Part shown: piece after piece, positions 19,461 to 30,219 of the stretch
Layout of the letters: each line of letters starts with the position of its first letter
Numbering within the stretch: the stretch's first letter is position 1
NCBI GenBank assembly: GCA_047150005.1
Contig: AP038806.1
Location: forward strand, 1,568,001-1,632,000
Reading direction: 5' to 3'
DNA length: 64,000 bases
DNA from: Nitrospira sp.
GTDB taxonomy: Bacteria; Nitrospirota; Nitrospiria; Nitrospirales; Nitrospiraceae
The notes under the pieces: generated by a model
The model's input: the letters and a program-made list of their open reading frames with translations, nothing else
What the model was told of the DNA's origin: nothing
The model's database searches: none
Translations under genes and position numbers: made by a program

Positions 19461-19976
19461 TCATTCTTCGGGGGTATGGATGCTGATCCCGTGATCGTGC
19501 GCCCAACGGAGGTGAATCACCCGCTGCTTGCCGGACTCGACTTTCACACTCTTGAGCCGTTGGAGATCGTTGCCGTAGCTTGCGGTGACGTCGTAGAGCC
19601 CCGGAGCCAGATCGACGAACAGCCAAGGTCCTTCCACCTGCTCTCTCGGGATGGCGATCGGCTTGCCTCCGCGCGCCGGAGTGATCGTGACCGCAACACC
19701 GGAGAGAAAGGGGTTCCCTCCCGCAGTGAAGACCAGCTTCAGGGAAAATGGAGGATACGAAGCGGACCGCTCCTCGAATCCGACGCCTGCGCTGAAATAA
19801 CGGACGCGGCCGGTCCGGTACAGGGGGAGGCGCTCCGGTCCGGAGCGACCGTCCTGCTCGAACTCGAGATACTCGCCGGACGGCGCGATTTTGGCGACAG
19901 GGCTTCCTTCGGCGAACGCCAGCGACGTTCCAAGAAGAATTCCCCACAAGACCGACAGGCCGCGCGCCGCCATCAT
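19461..19976 (-). CDS. Exported carboxypeptidase-regulatory-like (transthyretin-like fold) domain protein
   Basis: Signal peptide; YFSAGVG.EER, GPWLFVDLAPGLYDVTA; GGAGG RBS. Confidence 0.75.
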   Translation of the reverse strand: MMAARGLSVLWGILLGTSLAFAEGSPVAKIAPSGEYLEFEQDGRSGPERLPLYRTGRVRYFSAGVGFEERSASYPPFSLKLVFTAGGNPFLSGVAVTITPARGGKPIAIPREQVEGPWLFVDLAPGLYDVTASYGNDLQRLKSVKVESGKQRVIHLRWAHDHGISIHTPEE

Positions 19977-20322
19977 CAAACCTCCTCGTTCTTCCCATTC
20001 GCCTTCCGAGCAATCAATATGGATGCCATGATGCACCGAAGGCCATGTGCTCACAAGGCGAGCACCTGGCGGGAGGATTATCCACAAGGCGAGCGGTCGT
20101 ATTCAAGACTGACGCGAATCACCACAGTGGATAGACTCGACCTGCTGCAAAACGCGGCAGGTAGGAAAATTACGTCCGCCAACATCCTCGTAAACGAAAC
20201 AGCAGACCGGCATAGCCGGTGAATGCGCCGAACAACGGGCGTATCCTTAATGGCCTGATGGACTGTCGCCCTAGAGGCGCCGGACGAGCTCGCTCAGGTC
20301 GCCAAGATCATGCGAGGGGCCC

Positions 20323-23127
20323 GTGCCTGATTTCTCCGCGACGGGCATCGCGCAGATGTCTGTCGAAACGGTCTACAAAGAGTTGGGAACCACGTCAACT
20401 GGCCTGATGGGCGAGGACGCCCGACGTCGGCTCGCGCACTACGGTCTCAATCGGCTGCGCGACCAGGCCGATTTTTCAGCGCTTCGGCATTTCCTGAACC
20501 AATTCACGCATTTCCTCGCGATTCTCTTGTGGATTGCGGCGGGCCTTTCCTTCCTCACGGAATACCTGGAGCCGGGGAAGGGAGTGGCGGCGCTCGGGTG
20601 GGTCATTGTCGGCGTCATCGTCATCAACGCGATGTTCGCGTTCGTTCAAGAATATCGGGCGGACCGCACCGCGCATTTGCTTCAGCGGCTGCTCCCGGCG
20701 ACGGCCTGGGTGCTTCGAGCAGGACAACCGGAGGAAGTCCCCCGGGAAGAGATTGTCCCCGGTGACCTGCTCTTGCTTGAGGAGGGCCACCATGTTTCCG
20801 CCGACGCGCGTGTGGTGGAGGCCTTCGGCATGCGCGCGGACAACTCGTCACTGACCGGTGAGTCGATTCCCAGGCGACGCATCACCGAGGCGTTATCGGA
20901 TGACTCCCTCACGGACCTGTCCAATCTCGTCTTCGCCGGCACGACCATCGTGTCCGGCCACGGTCGCGCCGTGGTCTATGCGACCGGTGCGCAGACGGAA
21001 TTCGGAAGGACCGCTCACTTGGCGACCACAGTGGAGGCGGGTCCCAGCCCGCTTCAGCGGGAGATCGCGGCGCTCAGCCGCGTCGTCGGGCTCATCTCGC
21101 TCGTGATCGGGCTCTTGTTCTTTGCCGTCAGCTTCTCGATGGGATTGGGGCTCTGGATCAGCGCCATCTTCGGCATCGGGCTCATCGCTGCAAACGTGCC
21201 GGAAGGGCTGTTGCCGACCGTCACCTTTGCGCTCGCGATGGCCACCCAGCGAATGGCGAAGCGCAAGGCGCTGATCAAGCAGCTCGCTTCGGTGGAGACG
21301 CTCGGCTGTACGACCGTGATCTGCACCGACAAGACCGGCACGATCACCGTGAATCGGATGACGGTGGATCGACTCTACTTCGACGATCTGGAGGTGGAAA
21401 CGCGAGAGGGCTGTCTTGTCATGGCTGGGCGCGTGTGCAACGCCGTCGATTCGGATCAGTGGCGATCGTTCTTCGATGCGGTGAGACATTGTCATAACGT
21501 GACCCGCGTGCGACGTCCGGACGGACGAATTACCGCCGCCGGGGATCCAACAGAGGTCGCGCTCGTCGAGTTCGCGCAGGAACAGGGCCTGCTGCATCGG
21601 CCTCTCTTGCCGCGAATGGGCGAGATTCCGTTCGACGCCGACCGCAAGCGCATGACGACCTTGCACAGGCGGCAGACCGGGCTCACGGCCTTCGTCAAAG
21701 GCGCGCCGGAATCCGTCATCCCGTTGTGTGAACAGCGCCTCCACCAGGGAACTCTGTCGCCGATGACTCCCTCGGACCGGCAGAGGCTGCTCGCGCAGAG
21801 CCGCGCATTTGCCGCGCGGGCCTATCGCGTCCTCGCGATGGCCTCGCGGGAGATCGTCCAGAGCCCGGAATTGTTGGAGAGCGGCCGAGTGGAGCAACAA
21901 CTCACGTTTCTGGGGTTGGTCGCCATGATCGATCCGCCCCACCGCGAAGTTCCGGAAGCAGTGGCTCGCTGTCATCGGGCGGGGATCCGTGTCGTCATGA
22001 TCACGGGAGATCATCCCCTCACCGCCGTGGCCATCGCCCGGCAAGTCGGGTTGATCCCGCCCGACGACCGGACCCGCGTGAGTATCGCCCCGGTCATCGA
22101 GGGGCGGCAGCTCGACGATCTCACTGACGAGCAAGTCCGCCAGCTCCTCACGCCCTCTCGCCCTGGTGAGCGCGAGCCCATCTTCGCGCGCATGGCGCCC
22201 AGGCACAAAATGCGTATCGTGACGCTGCTAAAAGACATGGGAGAAATTGTGGCCGTCACCGGAGACGGAGTCAACGACGCTCCGGCGCTCAAGAAAGCCG
22301 ACATCGGCGTGGCCATGGGGATTGCCGGGACGGACGTGGCCAAAGAAACCGCCGATATGATCCTCCTCGACGACAACTTTGCGACGATCGTGAATGCAAT
22401 CGAAGAAGGCCGCGCAGTCTTTGCGAATATCCGGAAGTTTGTGACCTACGTGTTCTCCAGCAACGTGGCGGAGATGCTTCCCTATCTCGGCTATGGGCTG
22501 TTCCGCATGCCGTTGGCATTGACCGTTCCCCAACTGTTGGCCATTGATCTCGGCACGAATATGATGCCTGCCATCGCCCTCGGCTCCGAGCGGCCGCATC
22601 AAGGGATCATGGCAATCCCGCCTCGCCCGCGCAGCGAGCATCTGATGGACAAGGCGCTCTTTTTGCGCGTATTCGGATTTCTCGGCGTGATCGAGGGCGT
22701 GATCGCCCTCGGTGCCTTCTTCTGGTTTCTCTTTGCTCAAGGCTGGACTTGGGGTGCTCCCCTGGACTGGTCCTCACCGCTGTACCGACAGGCTACGACC
22801 GTGACCTTTGCGGCGATTGTCCTCGGCCAGGTCGCGAACGCGTTTGCTTCGCGATCGGATCGAATTTCCATCCTCCAGTTGGGCTTGACGAGCAACCGGT
22901 TGACGCTGGTCGGCGTCGGCGTCGCACTGCTGCTGTTGATGCTGATCGTGTATAGCCCCATGGGGAACTGGCTGCTCGGCACCGCTCCGATCCCCTTCTG
23001 GATGTGGGGCCCCCTGCTCCTTGGATCGGCCGGCCTGCTGGTCGCCGAGGAAGGCCGCAAGATGCTGGCGGCAAAGCTGTGGTGGTCACAGCCTGATCCA
23101 TCAACCAGGACCCTGAGCGAGCCATGA
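20323..23127 (+). CDS. Cation-transporting P-type ATPase (P2 type)
   Basis: Motifs TGES, VPEGL, DKTGT and [12 protein letters not shown]. Confidence 0.95.
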   Translation: MPDFSATGIAQMSVETVYKELGTTSTGLMGEDARRRLAHYGLNRLRDQADFSALRHFLNQFTHFLAILLWIAAGLSFLTEYLEPGKGVAALGWVIVGVIVINAMFAFVQEYRADRTAHLLQRLLPATAWVLRAGQPEEVPREEIVPGDLLLLEEGHHVSADARVVEAFGMRADNSSLTGESIPRRRITEALSDDSLTDLSNLVFAGTTIVSGHGRAVVYATGAQTEFGRTAHLATTVEAGPSPLQREIAALSRVVGLISLVIGLLFFAVSFSMGLGLWISAIFGIGLIAANVPEGLLPTVTFALAMATQRMAKRKALIKQLASVETLGCTTVICTDKTGTITVNRMTVDRLYFDDLEVETREGCLVMAGRVCNAVDSDQWRSFFDAVRHCHNVTRVRRPDGRITAAGDPTEVALVEFAQEQGLLHRPLLPRMGEIPFDADRKRMTTLHRRQTGLTAFVKGAPESVIPLCEQRLHQGTLSPMTPSDRQRLLAQSRAFAARAYRVLAMASREIVQSPELLESGRVEQQLTFLGLVAMIDPPHREVPEAVARCHRAGIRVVMITGDHPLTAVAIARQVGLIPPDDRTRVSIAPVIEGRQLDDLTDEQVRQLLTPSRPGEREPIFARMAPRHKMRIVTLLKDMGEIVAVTGDGVNDAPALKKADIGVAMGIAGTDVAKETADMILLDDNFATIVNAIEEGRAVFANIRKFVTYVFSSNVAEMLPYLGYGLFRMPLALTVPQLLAIDLGTNMMPAIALGSERPHQGIMAIPPRPRSEHLMDKALFLRVFGFLGVIEGVIALGAFFWFLFAQGWTWGAPLDWSSPLYRQATTVTFAAIVLGQVANAFASRSDRISILQLGLTSNRLTLVGVGVALLLLMLIVYSPMGNWLLGTAPIPFWMWGPLLLGSAGLLVAEEGRKMLAAKLWWSQPDPSTRTLSEP

Positions 23128-25643
23128 TGCATGCACCGTCGTTCTGGAGCATGCCCTGCGCCGAACTTCTCGATGGCCTCCAGACCAGGCCGGAGGGTCT
23201 GCGGACCGAAGAGGCCCGCGAGCGTCTCATGCTGTACGCCTCTTCGAGACTGAAGCTCCATCGACGCGCCCAGTCGTTCCTGCTGCTGCTCTCGCAAGTC
23301 CGAAATCCTATCGTCCTGATCTTGCTGTTCGCCGCTGCCGTGTCCTTCTTCCTGTCGGACCGAACGGACGCCGTGATCATCCTCGGCATCATTCTGGTGA
23401 GCGCCCTATTGGGGTTTTGGCAGGAGTATGGGGCTGCCAAGGCGGTCGGCGCGCTGCTGGACTTGGTCCATGTGAAGGCTCGGGTCTGGCGTGATGGACA
23501 ACTCGCCGAAGTGCCGCTTGAGGAAGTCGTTCCCGGCGACCTGGTCGATCTCACAGCCGGCTCCAGCATCCCGGGAGACGCACGTGTGCTCGAATCGAAA
23601 GATCTTTTCGTGGATGAGGCCATGTTGACCGGCGAGAGCTATCCCGCCGAAAAAGCGCCCGGAGCGGTGTCCGACACCACGCCGCTGATCGGCCGCCCCG
23701 ACTGTCTCTTCATGGGAACCCACGTCGTGAGTGGGCATGCGACAGCCGTGATCGTTCGCATCGGTCGGGACACGGAGTTCGGCCGCCTCGCCCGCCATGT
23801 GATGCTTCGGCCGCCGGAAACCGAATTTGAACGGGGGGTGCGACAGTTTGGGTATCTGCTCCTCGAAGTCACGCTGCTGCTGGTATCGGCCATTTTTGTC
23901 GTCAACGTGTATCTCCGACGTCCCGTCCTGGATTCATTCCTGTTTTCAATGGCCCTCGCCGTGGGGCTGACGCCGCAGCTCCTGCCTGCCATCATCAGCG
24001 TGAACCTGTCGCACGGCGCCAAGCGCATGGCCCGGGAAAAGGTCATCGTCAAGCGGCTGGCCGCCATCGAGAACTTCGGCAGCATGAACGTGCTCTGCTC
24101 CGACAAAACCGGCACATTGACGGAAGGCACGATGCGGCTGCATGCGGCACTGGATGTGGAAGGACGTCCGAGCGAGCGGGTGCTGTTTCACGCGGCGCTC
24201 AACGCCGCCTATGAAACCGGTTTCGTCAATCCGCTGGATGAAGCGCTTCGAACGCAATGTGTCTGCGATCTTGCAGGACACCGGAAATTGGACGAGGTGC
24301 CGTACGACTTCATGCGCAAACGCCTGTCGATCCTGGCTGAGACCCCGGCCACTCACCTGCTGGTCACCAAGGGCGCGGTCGAACAGGTGCTGGCCGTCTG
24401 TACCGGGGCGGAGGTGGCCGATGAAACCAGGGCGCCGATCGCCGCGCATGCGGATCGCATTCGATCGCAGTCTCGAGCGCTGAACGAGAAAGGGTTGAGA
24501 ACGCTCGGACTCGCCTATCGGGACATGGGCCGAACGGAACGTATCGACAAAGACCAGGAAGTGGAGATGACGTTTCTGGGGCTGATTGTCTTCGACGATC
24601 GGGTCAAGGCGGAGATCGAAGACACCGTTCGGAGTCTGCGAAAGCTCGGTGTCGCGCTCAAAATCGTCACAGGCGACCACCATCTGGTCGCGGCTCATGT
24701 CAGCGGGGCGGTTGGGCTTGACCCCCGACGGATCCTGACAGGTCCGGCACTCCGTGAGATGACCGAGGAGGCGCTCCTGCAGCGGGTCAATGCCGTTGAG
24801 GTGTTTGCGGAAGTCGAGCCCAATCAAAAGGACCGCATCATCCGCGCCCTCAAACAGACCGGGAACGTCGTGGGCTACCTGGGCGACGGCATCAACGATG
24901 CGCCTGCGATTCATGCGGCGGACGTGGGGATCTCCGTGGACAGCGCCGTGGACGTCGCCAAGGACGCCGCGGACATCGTGCTGATGGAAAAGAATCTGGC
25001 CGTGCTGGTCCAGGGGGTCCGCGAAGGCCGGACGACGTTTGCCAACACCCTCAAATACGTCTTCATGGCGACCAGCGCAAATTTCGGCAATATGTTCAGC
25101 ATGGCCGGCGCCTCGCTGTTCCTGCCGTTCCTTCCCCTGCTGCCGAAGCAGATCTTGTTGACGAACCTTCTGACGGACATTCCCGAGATGACCATCGCCG
25201 CCGATCATGTCGATGAGGAACTGGTCGAGCAACCCAGACGCTGGGATATCGGATTCATCCGGAAGTTCATGCTGACGTTCGGATTCGTCAGTTCGGTCTT
25301 TGACTATCTGACGTTCGGCGGACTGCTGCTCATCTTGCAGTCTTCGACGGACCAATTCCGCACGGGCTGGTTCATCGAATCCGTGATTTCGGCTTCCGCG
25401 ATCGTGCTGGTGGTGCGGACCCGACGCCCATTCGTCGCCAGCCGGCCCAGCCCGGCCCTTGCCTGGGCGACCGCCGCTGTCGCGGTGGCGACGTTGGTGC
25501 TTCCGCTTCTGCCTCTCGCCGCCTCGCTCGGCCTCACTCCGATGCCTCCATCATTTCTTCTTCTCTTGGCGGCGATACTGGCTGCCTATGTCCTCGCGGT
25601 GGAATGTGTGAAACGGTGGTTTTATGCCACCACACGGGCCTGA
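23124..25643 (+). CDS. mgtA: Magnesium-translocating P-type ATPase
   Basis: Motifs AVGLTPQLLP, DKTGT, NPLD and SANFGNMFS typical of MgtA/B; coupled to the upstream ATPase. Confidence 0.9.
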   Translation: MMHAPSFWSMPCAELLDGLQTRPEGLRTEEARERLMLYASSRLKLHRRAQSFLLLLSQVRNPIVLILLFAAAVSFFLSDRTDAVIILGIILVSALLGFWQEYGAAKAVGALLDLVHVKARVWRDGQLAEVPLEEVVPGDLVDLTAGSSIPGDARVLESKDLFVDEAMLTGESYPAEKAPGAVSDTTPLIGRPDCLFMGTHVVSGHATAVIVRIGRDTEFGRLARHVMLRPPETEFERGVRQFGYLLLEVTLLLVSAIFVVNVYLRRPVLDSFLFSMALAVGLTPQLLPAIISVNLSHGAKRMAREKVIVKRLAAIENFGSMNVLCSDKTGTLTEGTMRLHAALDVEGRPSERVLFHAALNAAYETGFVNPLDEALRTQCVCDLAGHRKLDEVPYDFMRKRLSILAETPATHLLVTKGAVEQVLAVCTGAEVADETRAPIAAHADRIRSQSRALNEKGLRTLGLAYRDMGRTERIDKDQEVEMTFLGLIVFDDRVKAEIEDTVRSLRKLGVALKIVTGDHHLVAAHVSGAVGLDPRRILTGPALREMTEEALLQRVNAVEVFAEVEPNQKDRIIRALKQTGNVVGYLGDGINDAPAIHAADVGISVDSAVDVAKDAADIVLMEKNLAVLVQGVREGRTTFANTLKYVFMATSANFGNMFSMAGASLFLPFLPLLPKQILLTNLLTDIPEMTIAADHVDEELVEQPRRWDIGFIRKFMLTFGFVSSVFDYLTFGGLLLILQSSTDQFRTGWFIESVISASAIVLVVRTRRPFVASRPSPALAWATAAVAVATLVLPLLPLAASLGLTPMPPSFLLLLAAILAAYVLAVECVKRWFYATTRA

Positions 25644-25726
25644 ACCTCGTTCAGGTCCGCGCTCCCCGCAGCCCGCGATCGACTCCTCCTCGGCCGACTC
25701 CCCGTTGAATCAGGACCCGCGCGTCC

Positions 25727-26482
25727 TCACGGACATCCATACGCGCATTCTCCGCCGTGCAGCGCCAGGGTCGTCGTCGAGTTCATGCGGGTGGATTCGT
25801 CGCCGTACCCCGGGTGGGGAACGACATTCCGAAGGGGATTCGAAAGATCAACCGGCTGGCGTCTCGACTGAGTGACGGGGGCGGGCGGGAATACGTTCAT
25901 GCCTGTGGTGTGGCTTATACTGTGCTGATCCTTCGGTCCAATGATGACGGACGGTCTCTCGCCTGTCTGGGCCTCGAGCTCGATCGGCGTCGTCCATGTC
26001 CTGAGAGTATGTCTCTTTCCGCTGTGAGGGGGAACGCTGATCTTGACGGTTGGGATGCGGGACTTCGTCTTCATCGTTCGGCTGCCTGTTGTCGACGCGC
26101 GATTCACCGTGGTGCTGGTTTGAGAGCCCTGTCCCACAGCGGCATCGAGCGGAGCGATCGTCTGATTCCGCGTGTCCGTATGGGCCAGGACAGTTGAGAG
26201 AGTCGGCATCGGCACACATGCTCGAGATGCTGGGAAATCTTTACGGCCATCCCGGGGTGAAATGACGGACGAAAGACTCCGCTGAGAGAGGCTGCTCCAC
26301 GTCGGAAATTCAAGAATCGGCCTTGACCCGGTGAACTCTGCGGCAAGACAGTCGGACGCAACCGCCACGTTTTGTCCGTCTGTGGTTGTCAAAAAGTCCA
26401 ACGTCGCCAGCATAAGGGCCATCAAGAGCGACAGAGAGCGGTCGTGCTCCCGTTCTACCTGCAGCGGAGAAAGAGGCGTCAT
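25727..26482 (-). CDS. Hypothetical protein (uncertain)
   Basis: Strong AAAGGAGG RBS before ATG 26482; no recognisable domain. Confidence 0.35.
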   Translation of the reverse strand: MTPLSPLQVEREHDRSLSLLMALMLATLDFLTTTDGQNVAVASDCLAAEFTGSRPILEFPTWSSLSQRSLSSVISPRDGRKDFPASRACVPMPTLSTVLAHTDTRNQTIAPLDAAVGQGSQTSTTVNRASTTGSRTMKTKSRIPTVKISVPPHSGKRHTLRTWTTPIELEAQTGERPSVIIGPKDQHSISHTTGMNVFPPAPVTQSRRQPVDLSNPLRNVVPHPGYGDESTRMNSTTTLALHGGECAYGCP

Positions 26483-26759
26483 GGAGTCCTCCTTTCCTGA
26501 CTTACCCTATGGGGCAGTAGACACGAAATCGTCATGGCGGTCCTTCGGACAACGGCCAAATCCGACACCGGATACGGAGCGATCCGGCCGTAGGACATCT
26601 CCTACACAGAGTGGGGTAAGGCAGAATTGCTGCGGTGAGTCAGGGCGGGAGGACAGACTTCGCGGGCGAGCCGGAGCCGCGTCGCTCACGCGCCTCGACG
26701 ATGCACGTGGCGCGTGAGCGGGCCTGTGGGGACGGGCGGAGCCCCTCGCTCTCGAGAGC

Positions 26760-27065
26760 CTAGGCGGGGATGTCGGTCCGGCATGCGTCCGCTTCCGAGA
26801 CCAGGCGGGCGGCCGGTTCTTTCTGGCCCTGCGGCCTGCTGAGGCGGCCTCCGCGGCCTCCATGGGGCAGGAGCCGCACGTGGTAGCGCAGCCCGAACCG
26901 GGAAAGCACGATGACGTTCATTCGACTGAGCCGGTCGACGGCCAGAAACAATTGCGCCCAGCTGAAATCAGGCCGGCCGATGATCAGGTCCTCCATCTCG
27001 AGGACCTCGTACCGGCGAAGCATGTTGAGAACCGCTTCTTCCGCTTCCATGACTTCTGTGCTCAT
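26760..27065 (-). CDS. Small conserved hypothetical protein (possible winged-helix), paralogue of 52780-53010
   Basis: AAAGGAG RBS; motif PDFSWAQLFLAVDRLSR. Confidence 0.7.
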   Translation of the reverse strand: MSTEVMEAEEAVLNMLRRYEVLEMEDLIIGRPDFSWAQLFLAVDRLSRMNVIVLSRFGLRYHVRLLPHGGRGGRLSRPQGQKEPAARLVSEADACRTDIPA

Positions 27066-27322
27066 AACCAGGTCTCCTTTCTCAGGGCGCCGAGTGTGGC
27101 TCATTCTCGTTGATCCGGTTCCTCCTGCCGCACATGTACGGTATAGTCCGCGGCCTCGGCGGAACGAATCGGAACAGATCGTGAATCCATGTAGGAATTC
27201 GCCTCGAAGGCATGTCGGACAGGTGTCATCGGCCGTTGGGGCCGGTTGGTCGCATCCTACGGGACGGCAGGTCGACTGAGCGGAGGAGAGCGGAGGTCCC
27301 ATGCAGGATCCCGCGGCAAGGG

Positions 27323-27961
27323 TTAGGTCAGAAGATGGTGTTCGACGGCATAGCGCGCCAAGTCTGCATTGTTGTTCAGATGAAGCTTTTCCAGAACCCG
27401 GGATCGATACGTGCTGATGGTTTTGACGCTGAGGGCCAGCTGTTCGGAGATCTCGGTGATGGTTTGTCCTGCCGCAATCATCCTGAACACTTCGTATTCT
27501 CGATCGGATAGCGCATCATGGAGCGGCTGTTCCGTATCGCCATGTCGATCCACGTAAGCGGCGAGCAGTTCGGCGGCTTTCGGAGTGATGTACTTCCCTC
27601 CCTTCCAGAGGGTCCTGACTGCGCGGACGAACTCCTGCGGCACGCTTTCCTTTGTCAGGTATCCGGCCCCTCCGGCTCGGAGTACTCGCACGGCAAATTG
27701 ATCTTCCGGATGCATGCTCAGCACCAAAATTGGAAGGTTCGGACAAAGCCGTTTCAGCTCATGTAACGCCTCCAGACCTCCTCGTCCGGGCATCGTGAGA
27801 TCCAGCACGACGACGTCCCATCGCAGTTTCTGAGCCTGTTCGAGCAGCTCCGGTACATTCGCCACTTCGCCGATCACGGCGCCGGGGAACTCATCCCTGA
27901 GGATTTGGATGAGGCCGCGACGGAGATACGGATGGTCGTCTGCGAGGAGAATGTTAATCAT
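27323..27961 (-). CDS. NarL/UvrY family response regulator
   Basis: Receiver domain (DDH, D-LTMP, GYLTK) plus LuxR HTH (LSDREYEV...LSVKTISTY). Confidence 0.95.
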   Translation of the reverse strand: MINILLADDHPYLRRGLIQILRDEFPGAVIGEVANVPELLEQAQKLRWDVVVLDLTMPGRGGLEALHELKRLCPNLPILVLSMHPEDQFAVRVLRAGGAGYLTKESVPQEFVRAVRTLWKGGKYITPKAAELLAAYVDRHGDTEQPLHDALSDREYEVFRMIAAGQTITEISEQLALSVKTISTYRSRVLEKLHLNNNADLARYAVEHHLLT

Positions 27962-30068
27962 CGCCGCTCCGGTGCACCGGTATCCGGACCGTGACCGTCG
28001 TGCCGGCTCCCGGTTTTCCGAGGATCGTCAGCTTTCCGCCCTGCTGCTGGGCTCGAAGCTGCATCCCCAACATGCCGAATGCATGAGGCCCGGTCAGCGC
28101 TCCTTCCGGAATGCCTCGGCCGTCGTCCGTCACCTGCAACGACACATGGTCGTCGGACTCTTCCAGCCTGATGCGCACGGTGGTGGCCTGCGCGTGCCGC
28201 GCCACGTTCGTCAAGACCTCCTGGAAGATGCGGAACAAGGCGGTGGATTGTTCGGCGCTCAGCAGAATGCGGTGCGGCCGTATCAGTGTGTCGCACGCAA
28301 TGCCGGTCCGCTCCTGAAACGTTCGGGCCTGCCACTCGACCGCAGCGGCCAAACCGAGTTGGTCCAACACGCCGGGCCGCAGTTCCGTCGCGATCTCGCG
28401 CACGGATTGAAGTGTTGAATCAATGAGGCCGAGGGCTGAATTCACGCGGGCGTGCAGGGACTCGAACCGGGCCTGGGTCGTCGCATCGCCCAGACGCTTT
28501 CCAATCCAACAGAGATCCATTTTGAGCACCGTCAACGCCTGGCCGAGCACATCGTGCACTTCCAGCGCGATCCGGGTTCGTTCTTCTTCCCGAACCGACT
28601 GGAGCCGCACCGCGAGCGCTTCGAGTTGGTTTCGGGAGTCGACGAGCGCCTCTTCCGCCCGCTTCCTCTCGGTGATGTCCATGGAATAACCGATGATGCC
28701 GATCGGGGCACCCGAGCCGTCTTTCTGTAATGTGAGCGACAGCTGGGCGAATCGTATGCGCCCGTCCTTCGTCAGCCGCCGAACTTCGACGTGATGAGTC
28801 CCCTTGGCCTTGACGGGGGCGAGGACTTCGCGATCGAGATATGCCCGATCTTCCGCCGGATACACAAAAGAGATGTGCCGCCCGATGGCCTCGTCCACGG
28901 AATATCCCAAGAGCTTTTCGGCGCCGTGATTCCAACTCATCACATAGCCGTTCAGGTCGATGATGATGACCGTTTCCTCAACCTGGTTGATAATGTCGGC
29001 TTGCCTCCGAATCAGTTCTTCCGCCTTCTGTTGCATGGTGATGTCGGTCCACAGGCCGACGATCTCCTGGAGGGCGCCGTCCTTGCGCCGAATCAGGACC
29101 GCTTCGTCTCGGAACCAGCGGTATTCCCCGTCGCGCGTTCGCCAGCGATACTCCATGGACAGCGTGTTGTCCTGGGGCAGCGTGGCAAACTTCCCCAGGG
29201 CGCCTTCCTTGTCGAGCGGATGAAGTCGTGTGGCCCAGAGGGAGGAGTCGTTCAGGAAGTCTCGAGCGGAGAATCCCGCCAACTCCTCGATATTCTCGCT
29301 CACCCACAGGGCGCCGAAATCTCCCGACGATTTAGCGGAGTACATGGCAACGGGCAAGGAACGAAGGATCAAATCCTGGTAGGCCTGCTTCACACGGACG
29401 GCGTCCTCGGCACGCCTCCGCTTGGCCAGGTCGCAAAAGATCAATGCGCCGCCCCCGCCCGCAAGCAGCAACGTCAACAGGGATCCGCCGATGACCAGCG
29501 CCATGGTGAATGATGCCGCCCGGTCCGCCTGCTTCGACCAGGCGGTCAGGTTCATCTCTTCCTGCTTCCCCAGGGTTTCCAGCGTCCGGACGATCCTATC
29601 GAAGGTGTCTTCGGTCTTTCCGGCTTGGAGCCGCGTCTCCCGCGCATACGTCACCCCGGACTCCTGTGACCCGATCGATCCGTCGGATTGCGCGAATTGC
29701 GGCCTGTCCGCATCGATCAGACGACGCAAGGCACTGACCTGTTCTCGCTGACCCGGATCGTCCTGAGTCAAACGGGCCAGACTCTCCGCCATTGCGCGCA
29801 GGTCCCGGCCAGCCTCACGAACGGGTCCGCCGTCTGTGGCGCGGCCGGCAACAAGATCGACCTTGTCCGGGGCGGCCTCGTAGGCGACGAGGAGCTTCAG
29901 GTGTTCGATGGCTTGCCGCACCTGATGGGCATGCGTGACCCTCGCTTCACGATCGACGAGCGCAGTGGCGCTCCGATAGGACACGATACTCAATCCGATC
30001 AACAGAATCAGGGCGCCTCCGAGACCTGTCGCGATTTTCTTCTCCAGCGTCACAGACATGTTCGACAT
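27954..30068 (-). CDS. Membrane sensor histidine kinase (CHASE3-like, 2 PAS, HisKA_3)
   Basis: Two TM segments, PAS/PAC motifs, EERTRIALEVHD, EVLTNVARHA and DDGRG. Confidence 0.94.
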   Translation of the reverse strand: MSNMSVTLEKKIATGLGGALILLIGLSIVSYRSATALVDREARVTHAHQVRQAIEHLKLLVAYEAAPDKVDLVAGRATDGGPVREAGRDLRAMAESLARLTQDDPGQREQVSALRRLIDADRPQFAQSDGSIGSQESGVTYARETRLQAGKTEDTFDRIVRTLETLGKQEEMNLTAWSKQADRAASFTMALVIGGSLLTLLLAGGGGALIFCDLAKRRRAEDAVRVKQAYQDLILRSLPVAMYSAKSSGDFGALWVSENIEELAGFSARDFLNDSSLWATRLHPLDKEGALGKFATLPQDNTLSMEYRWRTRDGEYRWFRDEAVLIRRKDGALQEIVGLWTDITMQQKAEELIRRQADIINQVEETVIIIDLNGYVMSWNHGAEKLLGYSVDEAIGRHISFVYPAEDRAYLDREVLAPVKAKGTHHVEVRRLTKDGRIRFAQLSLTLQKDGSGAPIGIIGYSMDITERKRAEEALVDSRNQLEALAVRLQSVREEERTRIALEVHDVLGQALTVLKMDLCWIGKRLGDATTQARFESLHARVNSALGLIDSTLQSVREIATELRPGVLDQLGLAAAVEWQARTFQERTGIACDTLIRPHRILLSAEQSTALFRIFQEVLTNVARHAQATTVRIRLEESDDHVSLQVTDDGRGIPEGALTGPHAFGMLGMQLRAQQQGGKLTILGKPGAGTTVTVRIPVHRSGDD

Positions 30069-30219
30069 ACCTCGTGAGATTCAAGGTTCATGATGTCGCT
30101 TCCCCGGTCTGACCAGAGCCGGGCGCGGCGGAAGCACGTCACGACGGACGCCGGCCTCGAAGCTTGCCGACAGCCGGCGCCGCTCATGGCGCACCTATTG
30201 AAGCTCCAGGCCGGAGGAA

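Noticed and set aside
20893..25355. Long antisense ORFs (437 aa, 469 aa) and similar shadows at 6768-7967, 34215-37151 and 57145-58356
   Set aside because: They lie opposite well-supported genes in GC-rich DNA and have no recognisable motifs.
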